NCBI GenBank assembly: GCA_033442325.1
Contig: JAWQFM010000001.1
Location: 3,327,711-3,391,710 of the forward strand
Direction: 5' to 3'
DNA length: 64,000 bases
Source: Salpingoeca rosetta
Lineage: Eukaryota; Protista; Choanoflagellata
A program made the position numbers and the translations under genes. Position 1 is the first letter of the stretch. Each line of letters starts with the position of its first letter. The notes under the pieces are model-generated. The model made no database searches and was not told where the DNA came from. It saw only the letters and a list, made by a program, of their open reading frames with translations. This document shows, piece by piece, positions 48,440 through 62,086 of this stretch.

Positions 48440-50072
48440 TCAGTTGGCTGTGATCCTCTGCTTGTACTTGTTCAGCACGCGCGCCTCAATCTCGTCCATC
48501 TCCTCGCAGAAGCGCTGGAACAGGCCCTCTGTTGGATCAAACTGCTGCACCACAAGACACAAGGCCCGTGGTGGCGGCAGCGGCAAAAGTCGTGGTGATT
48601 ATGTGGGTGAGGGTGTGGGTGAGGGTGTGGGTTTCGGGGTCGTGGAGCAACGACATTTGGTGCCGTTCGGACCACTCGAGGCAAACACAGAGAGACAGAG
48701 ACAGAGACAGAAATGGAGAGAGAGAGAGAGAGACAGAGAGACGTAATAACACCAAACCCATGCACACACACGCGCGCGCGCACGCCCATGCACACAGACA
48801 TGCACATGCACACAAACATGCACATGCACACCAACACCAAAGAGCACTCACACTTCCGAGGGATGCGCGAGTCTTGAAGAAGGAGACGTTGGCGCTTACG
48901 GGCTGCGTCTGGTCGGTGTCCTCCTCCGTGGCCATGGCGGCGCTTGCCTGCTCATCTTCGTCCTGTGCGCCCTCTGTGTCGCCCTCCTCCTCCTGCTCTG
49001 TCGACGGCTGCTGCTCGCCTTCCTCCGAGACGGAGAGGCGCGACTGCAGCATCGAGTCCGCATGCGTCTGCTCGCTGACAAAGATGGACGACACGACGGT
49101 GCCCTCCGGCGAGATGAGCCGCAGGCCGTCGCCCTCGTTGTTCAGCACGTTCTTCGCGCGCGGGGCTCCGTTCTTGTTGCGCCAGAACAGGTTGTTCTCG
49201 TCCTCCTTCAGCCCTACACAGGAACAGCGACAAAGGGAGGCAGAAAAAAAAGGAAAGGGTGAGACAAAGGAAGGAGCAGCGGGAGGAGATGCACACAAGC
49301 ACGACCCGAAGCGCGCTTTACAAGAGGGCACAGTGTTGGTGTCCATACATACCTGACTGAGCCTTTGGCGTGGTCCAGAAGCGGGTGGTGTGGCCCGGGG
49401 CAATCACATACGAGGAGAAAGGGTGGCTCTTGTTCGCACCCTGGACGTCCTCAACATGGTAGCCTTGAGACGACGACGACACAGAAAGCGTTGTGGAACA
49501 AGAGTTCATGGCGCCGATTTGCGTGTGTGTGTATGTGTGTATGTGTGTATGTGTATGTGTGTATGTCAGTGTGAGTGTGTATGTGAGTGTGAGTGTGTGG
49601 ACAAGGCAGACGGAAAGACAAAGTGTGCGTATGTGCGCGGACAATTCCGACGGGAAGGAAGAGAGAGAGTGTGTGTGTGTGTGTGTGTGTTGAGACAGAG
49701 AGACAGGGACAGAGACAAAGAGTATGCGTGCGTATGGCGTGGTGTGACTTGGGTGTAAATGGAACATCAGCCAACTCGCAATGCACTGGCATTGGCGAGC
49801 CGCTTGAACGTGTCTGAACATGCCCGACCGCACCTTCCAGGTCGATGGGCTCAGAGGAGTCGTTGATGATGTCAGCAAACTCGTCTAATGAAACCCAAAA
49901 CAACCCACAGCAGGGGGGACACGCATGCAATTTCATGCGCATGTCTTGTCAATCACCCATTGACCAACCAACCAACCCACCCACGACGACCACCGCCAAC
50001 GCAGCAACCATTCTCCACACAAACACACAAACACACACCAGTGAGGTCGATGGACGTGAAGCGCACAGCCAT
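48440..50072 (-). CDS. Stand-alone lamin-tail-domain (LTD) protein with acidic tail, five exons
   Basis: MAVRFTSIDLTDEFADIINDSSEPIDLEGYHVEDVQGANKSHPFSSYVIAPGHTTRFWT...NNLFWRNKNG...VLNNEGDGLRLISPEGTVVSSI matches the LTD Ig-fold pattern. It is followed by an acidic linker and a helix ending ...KYKQRITAN*. Confidence 0.75.
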
Positions 50073-50339
50073 GGTTGGTGTTCTTCGTCTTCTTCTTCTT
50101 CGTCTTCTTGCTTCTTGCTTGCTTGCTCGCTTGCTTGCTTGCTTGTCAGTGAGATTGGTTTGTCCTTATTCTAGCACGCAAGAGTAACGTCGGCCTGTTT
50201 TTATGTCAAAGGTGCTGTGTCCACATACCCACAACAACAAACAAGCAACGCAGGCAACGCAGCACACTCGCGCAGCATCAGCCCCAACGCCTTCGCGCCG
50301 CACTCACGCATTCACCCCGCTTTGAAGTACAAGTCCAAG

Positions 50340-52491
50340 ATGCTTCGCGGATTCGCATTGGATGTGCCTGGCAAGCTCGATGTGCCACAGTCTGTGCTGC
50401 TGCAGCTGCTGGCACGCGAGGGCGGCGATGCAGTCACACTGATGGCAGCGCCACCCTCCTCCGCCTCCTCCTCCGCCTCCTCCTCCGCATCGTCGTCGTC
50501 GTCCACCGCAGCTCCCTCAACGTCTCGGAACCAGTCGACTGACGCCGGTAACGCCTGCACCATGGCACAGACGCGTGCGCGTGTGGTCGACAGGACAGCA
50601 GAGGGCTACTTCCGGGTGGTGCTCGCAAAGGCAGATGACGCAGATCACGAGACAGCCCCAATCCGCCTGCGCGTGCCCGTGCCGTTTGACGGCATCTGGC
50701 GCGCCATCAGAACGATGCAAAAGGCAGCAACCCCATCGGTATTCTCTGCCCCTTCGTCCGCATCATCATCAGCAGCCGCAACCACAACAGCATCAGCGCG
50801 AGACGGGCGCCACAAGCAGACGCCCAAGCCTGGACAGCCACCAGAGGTGGACTTGATCCCTGTTGTATCAAGAGCGCGATCCAAAAAGAAGCAGGCCCAG
50901 CAGGGCGGCGCGCCAGCGTCGACAGCAGCTGGTGACGGCGATGTTGTGGTTGTTCAGGGGGACGATGAAACAGAGCAGCCCATAACGCTGTCGACAGCAG
51001 ACAGCCCCACGTACTGGATCATCACGTTTCGGCTGCGTGTGGGCCCAGTGTGTGTTGACGCCGCGCGAGTGATGTCTGGCAAGCGAGCGCTTGCTCTGCG
51101 AACGGAGGCCCTCAGCAAGGCCTACGCGCTGCTCCACAGCCTGCATTACCACCGCTGCGAGCTGCCGGCGTTGGCGCCCGCCGCCATCTGGCAGCGGTTC
51201 CTCATCCGGCACACCCCAACGCTGACAGACGTGTACGCGGGGGTTGCCGTCGCCCACACACCGCAACAGCAGCTCCTCTTCCAGGGCGAAGCGCCCACGT
51301 TGCAGATTGTGTCGACTCAGCACGACAAGGGTGTTGTGTCGACCAATGCACGTGGTCCCGCAAGCTCAGCACCGTCAACTACCGCCACGACACAAAACCA
51401 TGCACAGTCGACAACAGCGCCAACACCAACACCAACAGGTGCAACACCAGCAACCGTGACCCTTGCCGACATTCCCCAGGAGATCCTGGCCCTGGTTGTC
51501 AAGCACCTTGACCCGGCCAGCCTGCGTCACCTGCGATGCACGTGCAAGTTCATGTACTTGCTGGCACGCGACACGACACCTGGCCTGACTCACCACCGGC
51601 TGTATCCACACCAGCTGGATGCGGTGGAGCGCATGGTTCGCTTGGAGGCTGCGCGACAGCACGCATTCATGCCCTACCACATTCCCATCCAACTTCAGCA
51701 ACGTGACAATGACCCACGTGCAATCGATGACGATGGAGGTAGGAGTAACAGTACTGGCATGCACGCTGACAACACCGCCAAGAAGGACTGCGACAATGAC
51801 GACCACAAGGATGGCCAAGGTACCAGCGTATCGCGTGCTGCCTGCGCATCAACGACACCATCAACCCCATCCGTTTGCATGAGCCGCGTAGCAACACCAC
51901 CGTCGTCATCCTCGTCATCGCCACAGACATCGGCGCATCCGCTCGAGCGCCGCCGCTCCCGTCGCTCGGGCAAGAAGCGCGTGGACCTGAGCAAGAAGGC
52001 GCTCACCATCCACCAGCTGCAGATGGTCAGCCAGCAGCGGCTGCTCATGTCCGCAATGTCGTCACCGGCACCATCACAATCGCCATCGTCAAAGCCGTTG
52101 CTGTCGTCTGCGGCAACACCACGACGTGTTAGAAGCGATGGCCTGAACCATGCTGCTGGTGTCAGCACACAGCAACAGCCCGCTTACACCGCCTCACCTG
52201 CAGCTGCCGCACGCCAGGACAGCACCGACAGCAATACCACGGTTTCCAGCAGCGAGCCTGGCATCGGGCACGTGTATATGCACTGCGTGAGCGGGGAGCT
52301 GACGCAAGCTCCCGTGTCGATGATGCTGCCTCGTGGTGGCATGCTGTGCGACGGGCCCGGCCTTGGCAAGACAGTCAGCGTGCTTGCGCTCCTCCTGCGC
52401 GCGGCCCCTTACACGCCGTGGGACGTGAAGGTGCAGCAGCTGGCACAGAACGCCATGCCAAACCAACCGTCGCCCAATGCAGACACCGAGC

Positions 52492-52529
<38 letters not shown>

Positions 52530-55500
52530 CAACACCAGCACCCGCAGCCATCACCACACAGCTCCATGACGGATGACGACGACGACGATGGTGACGATGG
52601 TGACGCTGGCAGCGCGGGAATGGGCGGCGGCGGTGACGGTGATGCTCGTGCTCACGATCACAGGTCGTCGGGTGCGACGCCAGCGGCGGGTGGGAGAGGT
52701 AGTGCCGAGGACTTGGAGGACCGGCTGATTGAGCTGCAGTTTCTTCGAGCACAGGATCTGATTCAAAGTGATCCAGAAGTGCAGCTGTACGACACCACAG
52801 TGAGGGTGGCAAACGAGCTACGAGCAGAGATTGCGAAACACTGGCCAGGCACGATTGCAGATACCACCACCAGTCTTGCTGCTGCTGCTGGTGGTGGTGG
52901 TGGTAGCGGTGTTAGTGGTGTTAGTGGTGGTGGTGACAAGGGCAACAAGAGTCTGCTGAACCAGCTGTATGTGCTTGCAGACGGAACCGTGTCGCTGTTT
53001 GACGCGGCAGACGTGGAGCGGGCCCAGAGCAGGAGGCAGGCACTCGCCGGCCCCGCCAATGGTGACGGTGGTGGTGGTGGTGACAACGGTGGAGCGCAAG
53101 GTGTGGTGGTAATGAATGGCGACAGCATGGACCAGGCGGCTGATGACGATGATGGCGAGCAGCAGCAAGAACAGCAACAAGGCGAACAGCAGCAAGAACA
53201 GCAACAAGGTGAACAGCAACAGCAGCAAGGTGCTGTGGAGGCAACTGTGGCGGCTGCATGTGCTGAATACCAGCTGGAAGCGCTGCGGGCTGGTGGGCAG
53301 GCGGCAATTGGCCTTGACACGCTGCTGAGTGATTTTGAAACTCCCGGCGGAAAGAAGCGAGCGGGCACGCTGCAAACGCTGCAAGACCTGCGGCTGCGGC
53401 TGGAGGGATTGCTGTCTGTGGTGGCGCGGGCGCAGTTTGACGAGGAGAGCGCGGTGGCGATGGAGGTGGCGGCTGAGGACGAACGGCGGCGGCGAGAGGA
53501 GCAGAAGAAGCAGCGGGAGCGAACACGGCGCAGGGGGGCCCGTGCAGGCGCGGGTTCGGGCAAGAAGCCGACAACGGCAAAGAGGAGAAGGAAGAGTGGC
53601 AAGAAGCAGAGAAGCAAGAAGAAGAAAGCGGGAGAAGGCAACCAGGTACCGGATGTGATTGCACTTCATGACGACGACGATGATGATGATGACAACTACG
53701 ATGGGGTTGATGATGTTGATGACAGCAGTGGCGAACTCAGATCTAAGGACTTGGCGCCACCCACCCAGACTGTGCAAGGCCAACCGATGCTGTCGTGGTT
53801 GCACAAGCAAACGCTGAATGTTGCCAGGTCTTCACAGCAGCGGTCCACGGCAACAACAGCGGCGAGCACGACGGGTGTAGACGATGTGAATTCATCAGAT
53901 GTTGTTGTCCTGTCGTCATCTTCATCTTCCTCTTCCTCCTCTTCATCTTCCACTTCCTCTTCCTCATTGTCAGCATCGTCAAAGTCAACAACATTGGAGC
54001 CCGCAGCCTCACCCGCGAGCTCCCTTCTTTCCGCCAATTCTCAGCAGAGCAATGACACAGCCACAGCCGCATCGACGGCCGCAGCAACAGCACCAGCAAC
54101 AGCACCAACAGCAGCAACAACAGCAACAACAGCAGCAACAGCACCAGCAGCAGCGCCACCAGTGCCAGTGACACGAGCCGCCAGTGTTACAGAGGATGTG
54201 GAGGTGATGCAGGCTATTCGCACGCGTGTGCGCGGTGTGCACGCCCGCTTGGCGGCAATTGCGGAGCACCTGCTGTCGTGCCTGTCGCAGGTGATGGCGC
54301 GTGCGCTGCCGCCACTCACGCAGCAGGACCGATATTGGGTTGAGCGGCAGTACATGCCACGGCTCAACGCGACGCTGGTGTTGGTGCCGGACGACTCGCT
54401 CGTGCGGCACTGGGAGCACCAGGTGGACAAGTTCTGCAGCCAGCGCGAGTACCTTGGGCGGGCGCTCTTCCTGACTGTTGGCGAAGGAGTCGACTTTCCT
54501 GCGGCCATTGTGGAGGAGGAGCGAGAAGCGGTTGCCGTGAACGGGCTGGTGGTTGCGCCCGTGTCGATGGTGCAGAGCATCTTGAGCCACGACCACCCGC
54601 TGCACGGCATGCTGTTCCGCCACCGCTGGCGCCGGCTGGTGCTGGACGAAGGGCACATCATGGGGCGCGGGCTCAACGTGCGCAACGCAGCGATTGCAGC
54701 CATCCAGGCAGACATCATCTGGTGCATGACCGGCACACCGACGCCGCAGGTTGCGGTGCGCTCTGGGCTGAGCCACCTCGAGAAGATGCTGCAGTTTCTG
54801 CGGTTCCCGTGTCTGGTGGACACGGAGGCGTGGCGGCGCGGGGTGATGGTGCCCTTCAACAAGGAGCACTCTGTGGAGACGTGTGCCCGGCTGATGCACC
54901 TGCTGTCGCACATGATGATTTTGCACCAGAAGAAGGAACTGCGCCACCTGCCGCGGCCCGTTCGGCGCGTGGCGGTGCTTGAGGCGTCGCGCTTGGAGCG
55001 GGATGCATACAACGGGTACGTGGCCTCTGTCAAGACGAACCTCGTGCTGACGGGCATGAAAGGGCGCACGAGTGGCGCCCAGGACTCGCTGCTGCGGGAC
55101 ACCAGCAGGGCAAAGGCTGTGTTGCAGCACATGCGTCTGGTGTGTTGCGGCGGTCTCTTCTGCACCACGCGCATCAAACCAGGTGCATACGCGATTGTGT
55201 GTCTGTGTATGTGTGCGTGTGTCTGTGTACATGTGTGTCTGTGTGTCTGTGTGTGTCTGTGTACGTGTGCATGTGTGTGTGTGTGTGCGTGTGTACATGT
55301 GTGTGCGTGTGTACATGTGTGTACATGTGTGTGTGCATTGAAGGGAGGCACAAGCCTTCTTCAATGTTGCGTCGAGCGTGCGCTAACCGTGCCGTGGCTC
55401 TCATGCGGCCTTGTCTCACCACAGCGTACATGGAGGAGATGGACCAAATGTTGGCCCAGCACGGCCTGGACGAAGAGCGTCGCCAACACGTGCGGTACGG

Positions 55501-55894
55501 CCTCTCCCACCAGCAACACTTCACACCCTTTCTCGCTCGTTTACTTGCTTGCATGCTTGCTTGTCTGGCATGCCTGTTTCGTTTGGGCCAATCACCCACT
55601 TGCTGTGACGTAATTTCTCCATTGACCTCACAACCCGGTGATGACGATCACTGCTGGTGCTTGTGCGTGTCCATCCGTCCGCTCATCACGCCAGGAGCCG
55701 GTTCGTCATGGGCCAGGCGACGCCGTGTGACTTGTGCGAGCGCAAGCTGCTCATCCTGATTGTTCTCCCATGCAGCCACATGTGTTGCGCATCGTGCATC
55801 ACATCAGAGTGAGCGAACGTCTTGTGGTTTGCGTGCTTGCTTGCTCGCTTGTTGGTTTGTGTGTGTGTGTGTTTGCTTGTTTGCTCGCTTGTTG

Positions 55895-55938
<44 letters not shown>

Positions 55939-56073
55939 CTTTGCACTCTTTGTCGCTGCTTGACCCTTTTGTTTCCCTCACGTCTGCCCTGTGTGTGCTT
56001 CAACACAAAGGACACGTGAATGCCCCGTGTGCAAGCTGGAGTTTGATGTTGACTTTGTTCAACGCTTGCAGCC

Positions 56074-56136
<63 letters not shown>

Positions 56137-58359
56137 GGGAAAGTTGCATGCACAATTGCTGTTGAGTGCGTTTGCGAAAGTACTTGTGCAATTCCACGAG
56201 TGCGCTTATCGGCTTGCTCTGCTGTGCAGGTGTTGGCTTGGAGGCGACAACGAGTTCACCCCGTGAAGCCATGGCCGGCTTTGTTCCAACATCGCTTCCA
56301 CCACGTACGTGCCTTGTCTCTCCTCTTCTCTACCTGCATGTGTGTGTGTGCCAATTGTTGGCTACCTTGTGTGTTAAATTATGTGAGCTTGTGTGAACTG
56401 TGGTACAACGTCACGATGCCGGCGTGTGCGACTCAACCTGCCCACCCCTTGCCCTCAACGCTCTCTTTCCTCCATTCACTGCAACCCCTGCACGCGACTG
56501 TGATAGCGCCGGAGCACTTGAGTGATGCAGATCAGCGCAAGTTTCTGGAAGAAGAGGGCAAGCGGCAGTTTGAATTGAAGATGAACACCAAGGCCCAGCA
56601 CGTACTCAAGCGTCTCAGGGAGTGGCAAGGTGTGTGGTCACGTCACACTCGCGCGCACACACACACACACACACTCTCTCTCTGTGTCACACATACACAC
56701 ACACTCTGTCACACACACACTCTCTCTCTTACACGCACACAGAGAGACGATGCAAGTGTTGATGCTTTTGCCCTTCGGCTTGTCTGTTTTTCACTCTTGG
56801 TGGTCAAACCGTTACTCACGCACTTGTTGTTGTCCTCTATCTGTCGTGACGATGGTGGTGGTGCTGGTGGTGCTAGATGAGCTGGAGCCCGAGAATAAGC
56901 AGCTGAAAGTGATTGTGTTCAGCCAATTCCGCGATACGCTCAACATCATTGGCGACGCCATCATTCGCACCTACGGTGTGTGTGTGTCTGTGTCTGTGTG
57001 TGTGTGTGTTTGTGTGTGTCTGTGTGTCTGTGTGTCTGTGTCTGTATCTGTGTGCCTGTGTCTGTGTCTGTGTCTGTGTGTGTATCTGTGTCTGTGTGGC
57101 TGTGTCTGTATGCATTCCTCTGTTCTCGTCACGCGCACACACACTCATCCCCCCCCCCACATACACACGCACACACTTTGTCTTGGTGTGCACGCAGGCT
57201 CGCAAAGCGTTGCGGAGTACTGGTCGAGCTATCGTGTGGGAGAGCTTGAGCGGTTCCGCACGCAAGCGGCGTGCAAAGTGCTGCTGCTGTCGACCGACGG
57301 CGCTGTCGGGCTCGACCTGCACTTTGTGACGCATCTGGTGCTGATGGACGAGATCTTTGACCGCGCAAAGGAGGAGCAAGTCATTGCCCGCGCATGGCGC
57401 CTCGGCAACGACAGATCTGTGGTGGTGGAACAGCTCATCTTGCGCGGCACCGTGGAGGAGACGCTGCATGAGCTGAACCACTCCCAGCGCCACACGTCAT
57501 CGCCATCGTCAGCAACTGCAGCAACTGCAGCTGCATCGTCGACGTCATCGTCGTCATCGTCGGCGCCTGATCGGCCACAGATTGCAGACAGTTTTGATGT
57601 GGACGCGCCGCGCGTGGTGAGTTGAAAGCCGATTGCACAATGTGTTGTTGCTGTCTCTGTCATTGTTGTTGTAGCCTGGCTGCTGTTGCTGCCACGAACC
57701 CATGACTTTTGTGACTTGTGCGACCTCTGTTGTCAACATGGCAATTCCTCCTCCTTCGTTGCTCAGTCTTTGTTTGTTTGTTTGTTTGTTCGGGGTTTGT
57801 GCGTTGTTGTGCTTGTGGGTGCCAACCCACCTGCCTCCTTTCGGAGTGTGCGTGTTTGGCAAACGTCTTCTTCCCTGTTCCTTTCTGTTCTTTGTCATGG
57901 GTTGGTGTTCTTCTGGCTTCGTCTTTGAAGGGTTTGCGTGCGTCTTGCACGTATTGCATGTGGATGTGGTGGTCCTGGTTTAGGTTGGCGTGTGTGCGCA
58001 CTTGCGTGCCCCGCTGCCTGTCCCTCTTCACCCGCTTTGCTTTTTTGCTTGTGCTGTTTGGTTTTTTGTTGGCAGTTTTCTGGTGGTGGGAACTGGTTTA
58101 CGGTTGTGATGTTGATTCGTGTGGATTCGTTGGGTGTTGGTTGGATTTGGTGGAACAGTTCTCCTCACGCAGCCTCGCTTGCCTCCCCGCCTTCTTTGTG
58201 CGCGCGCTTGTTGTGTTTGACTCGTTGCAGGAGTTCTGGGAGGAAGAGGACAGCGCAAGGAGGCGCGCAGGTGGTGGCGGTGGCACGACACGACCAGGTG
58301 CACAGCCCACGGCAAAGGCGAAGACGAAGCTGCTGTTGCGGTCAGTCAAGTTCATCTGA
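50340..58359 (+). CDS. F-box + SNF2 helicase + C3HC4 RING + HELICc protein (Rad5/16-like, At3g54460-type architecture)
   Basis: F-box LADIPQEILALVVKHLDPASLRHLRCTCKFM; LYPHQ; GGMLCDGPGLGKT; WRRLVLDEGH; WCMTGTP; RING CDLC...PCSHMCCASC...CPVC; KVIVFSQF; GAVGLDL; EEQVIARAWRLG; LRGTVEE. Confidence 0.9.
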
Positions 58360-58820
58360 GCCCGCCAGCCAACGACGATGGCTGAACACATTATTGCTCA
58401 CACACAACACCGTAACGACGACACCAGCCAGCAGGAGCAGCACGAGCACAACCTGCACGCCCTGGTCGTGCCATGAGCGAAGGAGTGAAGTGTGCAATTG
58501 CACCGACAATGGTGGTGGTGGCTGATAGTGGCTTGTGGTGGTGGTGTTCCTTCGTGTTGGTGTGGGAGCTGTACTGTACGACCGTAACCGGCTCGCAAGT
58601 AAACAACATAGTGCGCAAGCATGGCGTGGCAATCACTCCACACATCATAAACAAGCACGGCAGAACAACAGCGGGAACGAGAGGACACAACGGGGCAAGT
58701 CAGGAACAAGGCAATATTCCTGAACCGTGAGCAGGAAAGGGCAATCATAAGAGCTAACAGTACTTTGATGATGACTCGGCAGATGACTAGATGAAGAAGA
58801 GGCGAGACAGACAACACACG

Positions 58821-58868
<48 letters not shown>

Positions 58869-59330
58869 ACGCACACACACACAAGAGACGCACACGCAAG
58901 CGCGTGCACACATATTCGAAGGGAAGCAATCACCCGCAGCATCATGACTGATGTCAGGTGGAACAAAGGCGAGGCACAAAACGATGCATGCTTGCTTGAG
59001 TATCAACAAACAGGCAGGTTGACACACGCACACACGCACAACAATTACAGCAGCAGTAGCAACGAAGCACGTGCCATGGCGCGCACACAATCAGCACGCA
59101 CATGAGCCCGGCTTGTGGCAACAAAACAACTGGGCGAAAGAAAAAAAAACAAAGAACAGCTGAGATAAGTGAAGATACCAAATGCCTACACTCACAGGCA
59201 CGCACTGCACCAAGGCAGAGAAAACGCCTGATTGTGGATTGCAGGATTCCCCGTCCGAGAAATCACCAACGATGACACAGAGCCATCGACCAATGCAAAC
59301 AGAGAGAGTTGTGGTGACGCAGTAGGGAAG

Positions 59331-59368
59331 ACGAAGAAGAAGAAGAAGAAGAAGAAGAAGAAGAAGAA
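59331..59368 (+). repeat. (GAA)n microsatellite
   Basis: Directly visible. Confidence 0.9.
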
Positions 59369-59697
59369 GATGGGCAGGCAAAAGCTACGTGACTGAGTGA
59401 GGAGGAGGATGGAGGGAAAGATGACAAAGGTGCAACGCACACTACACGCAAGAAACGGGGAACCAATGCACGAATTTATCATCGCCAGCAGGCAACGAAG
59501 AGAAGGTCGCGCACAACAACACAAAGATGATGAGAACAAGAAGCACAGAACCACAATAGACATGAGAGGACAAGACTTGGCATTCTCACACGCGCAAATA
59601 GAGAAGGATAGGGGCGAGCTAGAAGCGAGCGGGCACAAGAGACACAAAAACCATCATTTGACTTCACATCAATCCCGAGAAGAGAAGATAAGAACGG

Positions 59698-59749
<52 letters not shown>

Positions 59750-60077
59750 GCACAAAGGGGCGCATGGGCGCTGAAAGAGACAACTCACAGTGAAGCGAGA
59801 AGAAAGCAAAACAAAGAGGATGCGGAGGAAGCCGTGTAACGCACGAGACCAGGAGCAAAGGCCTCCGTACAAAGGGGAACGCATGCGTGAACTTGTCATG
59901 AGCAACAGGATAGATAGTCGTCATGGAAGACGAGGCGGATGAATGAATGAATGATTTCAACGCGCGTGCATGAAATGGACGAATGAGGGAATGGATGAAG
60001 GCGAGAATGGATGAATGCATGAGCTAATGATAGCGTGTGAGGGAATGAATCAAGGGAATCTGGAAAATGGCGGGAGT

Positions 60078-60460
60078 TCAGCAACATGAAAAGCATTGCG
60101 TGGAGGACTCTTGGATCACATTCACGCTTCCGCTGCGTGGCGTAGCACAAGAAGGATGCCTGCAAGCAAAATCAAACAAACATCGCACAACGGAGAGGAG
60201 TGACATGAAGGTGAGGTGGAGGGTGCATGCAGCTGTTGTTAAAGTGTCCACTTTCTGTTCGTCGACAACAGGCCCACAAGACATGTTAACTCAAGGCACA
60301 AAACAGAAACGGGCAACAACTGCAACAACAGGTAACCCAAGAAAGAACAAGCAGCGTACAGAAATGGAGATGGTTGTGGTTGATTTGGGCGTCCCACATG
60401 GCAATGCAGCGAGAACAGCGATCATCTGCATGCACATTTGTGCAAGGGGATCGTGAGCAG

Positions 60461-60509
<49 letters not shown>

Positions 60510-60572
60510 CGTGTGTGCTGGAGCAAGCGGGAGATGCAAAGGAGCCACAGCCCGAGCAATGTTGATTCCAAC

Positions 60573-60603
<31 letters not shown>

Positions 60604-62086
60604 AAAAAAACTCACTATTTCTGCTGAAATGGAGGCTGTCGACATCACACATGCCACCAGAGATGCATCGCTCGGCGCTGCGTGTCATGTCTGCCGGGTT
60701 GACAAGCGGGCCAGTGATGGATGAGGGCAGGTGGTGAGCTTGAACCAGGAGACAACAGCTGGCTGGGTAATGGGGCAACAGTGGGGCAACAGTTGGACAT
60801 TCGTACAACCCACATGCTCGTGCAAAGGTGGTGTTCTTGATTGGATACTGAGCAGCAACAGCAGCAGCAACGAACAACAACAACAACAACAACAACAACA
60901 ACTTAAACAACAACAACTTAAACAACAACAACAACAACTTAAACAACAACAACAACAACAACAACAACTTAAACAACAACAACTTAAACAACAACAACCT
61001 ACGTTGAATGAAGGAGATACGCAGCTCGTCAACGTGCATGTATTGGCGTTGTCTCTCCTGAAGGAACCACGTCTGCACACGCCGGTACACGGCAACGTGA
61101 CACAAACGGCATACTCTGCGTTGTGTCAAGACGCAAGCCAGCAAACGGGTGTAGCAAGCGCATGGGGAGCTTTGTCAATACAGCGGCAGCGTGGTTGATG
61201 AATTCAAGGAACAACAGCCGTGGCATGCCACACACATCACGCCATACATTGTCCGCAGAAATAGAACAAAACAACAATCAATTTGCTTTGCTTGCAGGCA
61301 ACCATCCGCAGCCACCCAAACACTGTATGCTCTCTCATGCCGGAACATGGGCGGATTTGAGTGAGGCACGACGCATACTCACCGTTCGGGCCCGCGAGCG
61401 TCTGGGCGCTTGCAAATGACACAAGCGGGGCCAGGGTTGCCTTCGCGGTGATCTGGCTGCGCTTGAAGGTCCAGGGCACCATCATCGGCGTGCTCATGCT
61501 GGTGGTGGAGACCTTGCTGCGCCGGGCCGTTGCCGTGTGCGGCAACCTCTTCGATCCGCTCATCGGAGGAGCTTGATCTGCGGCGCTCATTGGCACCTTT
61601 TGGGCTTGAACCATCCTGGCTGCTGTTGCTGTCCCGGCGAACGGAATCGTCGTCATCGCTGCCACCGCTGCTACTGCCGCCGCTGCTGCTGCTGCTGTCT
61701 TGTCGCTGGCGGTCGTCTGGGGCGGGCATTACCAGGCCGCCGACGCGAAGCCCGCCATCCTCACGCTGCTGCTGCTCTGGTGGCAGCTGGAGATTGGGCT
61801 CATCGGCGTTGTGGTCGTTTTCGCCGTCCACAGGAAGCGGTGCTGCAGCGCGCGGGTCAAGGTGCTGCCGGCGGCGCGGCGGTGGCGACTGTGGCGGGGA
61901 GACGGGGCGAGGGCGGGCGTGCGGGTGCAAGCGGCGCTCGTGCGCCCGTTCGTGCTGACGCCAGTGGTTACGTGGGCGAGCTTCAAGGTGGTCGAGAAGG
62001 CGTGGAACGAGCCGCGCCAAGTTAACGTCTCCGTGGGTGAGGAACCGCAGCAGCTCGCCTCTGATGTTGTCGTTGGCGTCATCCAT
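60078..62086 (-). CDS. Hypothetical protein with possible C4 zinc finger; 3' extent uncertain
   Basis: GC-rich coding-like exon 62086-61383 (MDDANDNIRGELLRFL...) with a GTGAGT donor. It splices in phase to 61115-61003, giving CVICKRPDARGPERVCRLCHVAVYRR. Later exons are unresolved. Confidence 0.45.
60872..60998 (+). repeat. (AAC)n repeat with periodic TTA interruptions, intronic
   Basis: Directly visible; starts immediately after a minus-strand GTAGG donor. Confidence 0.9.

Noticed and set aside
60731-61198. Plus-strand ORF with LKQQQ repeats resembling a coiled coil
   Set aside because: The repeat lies within a GT-AG intron of the minus-strand gene and is an interrupted (AAC)n microsatellite.
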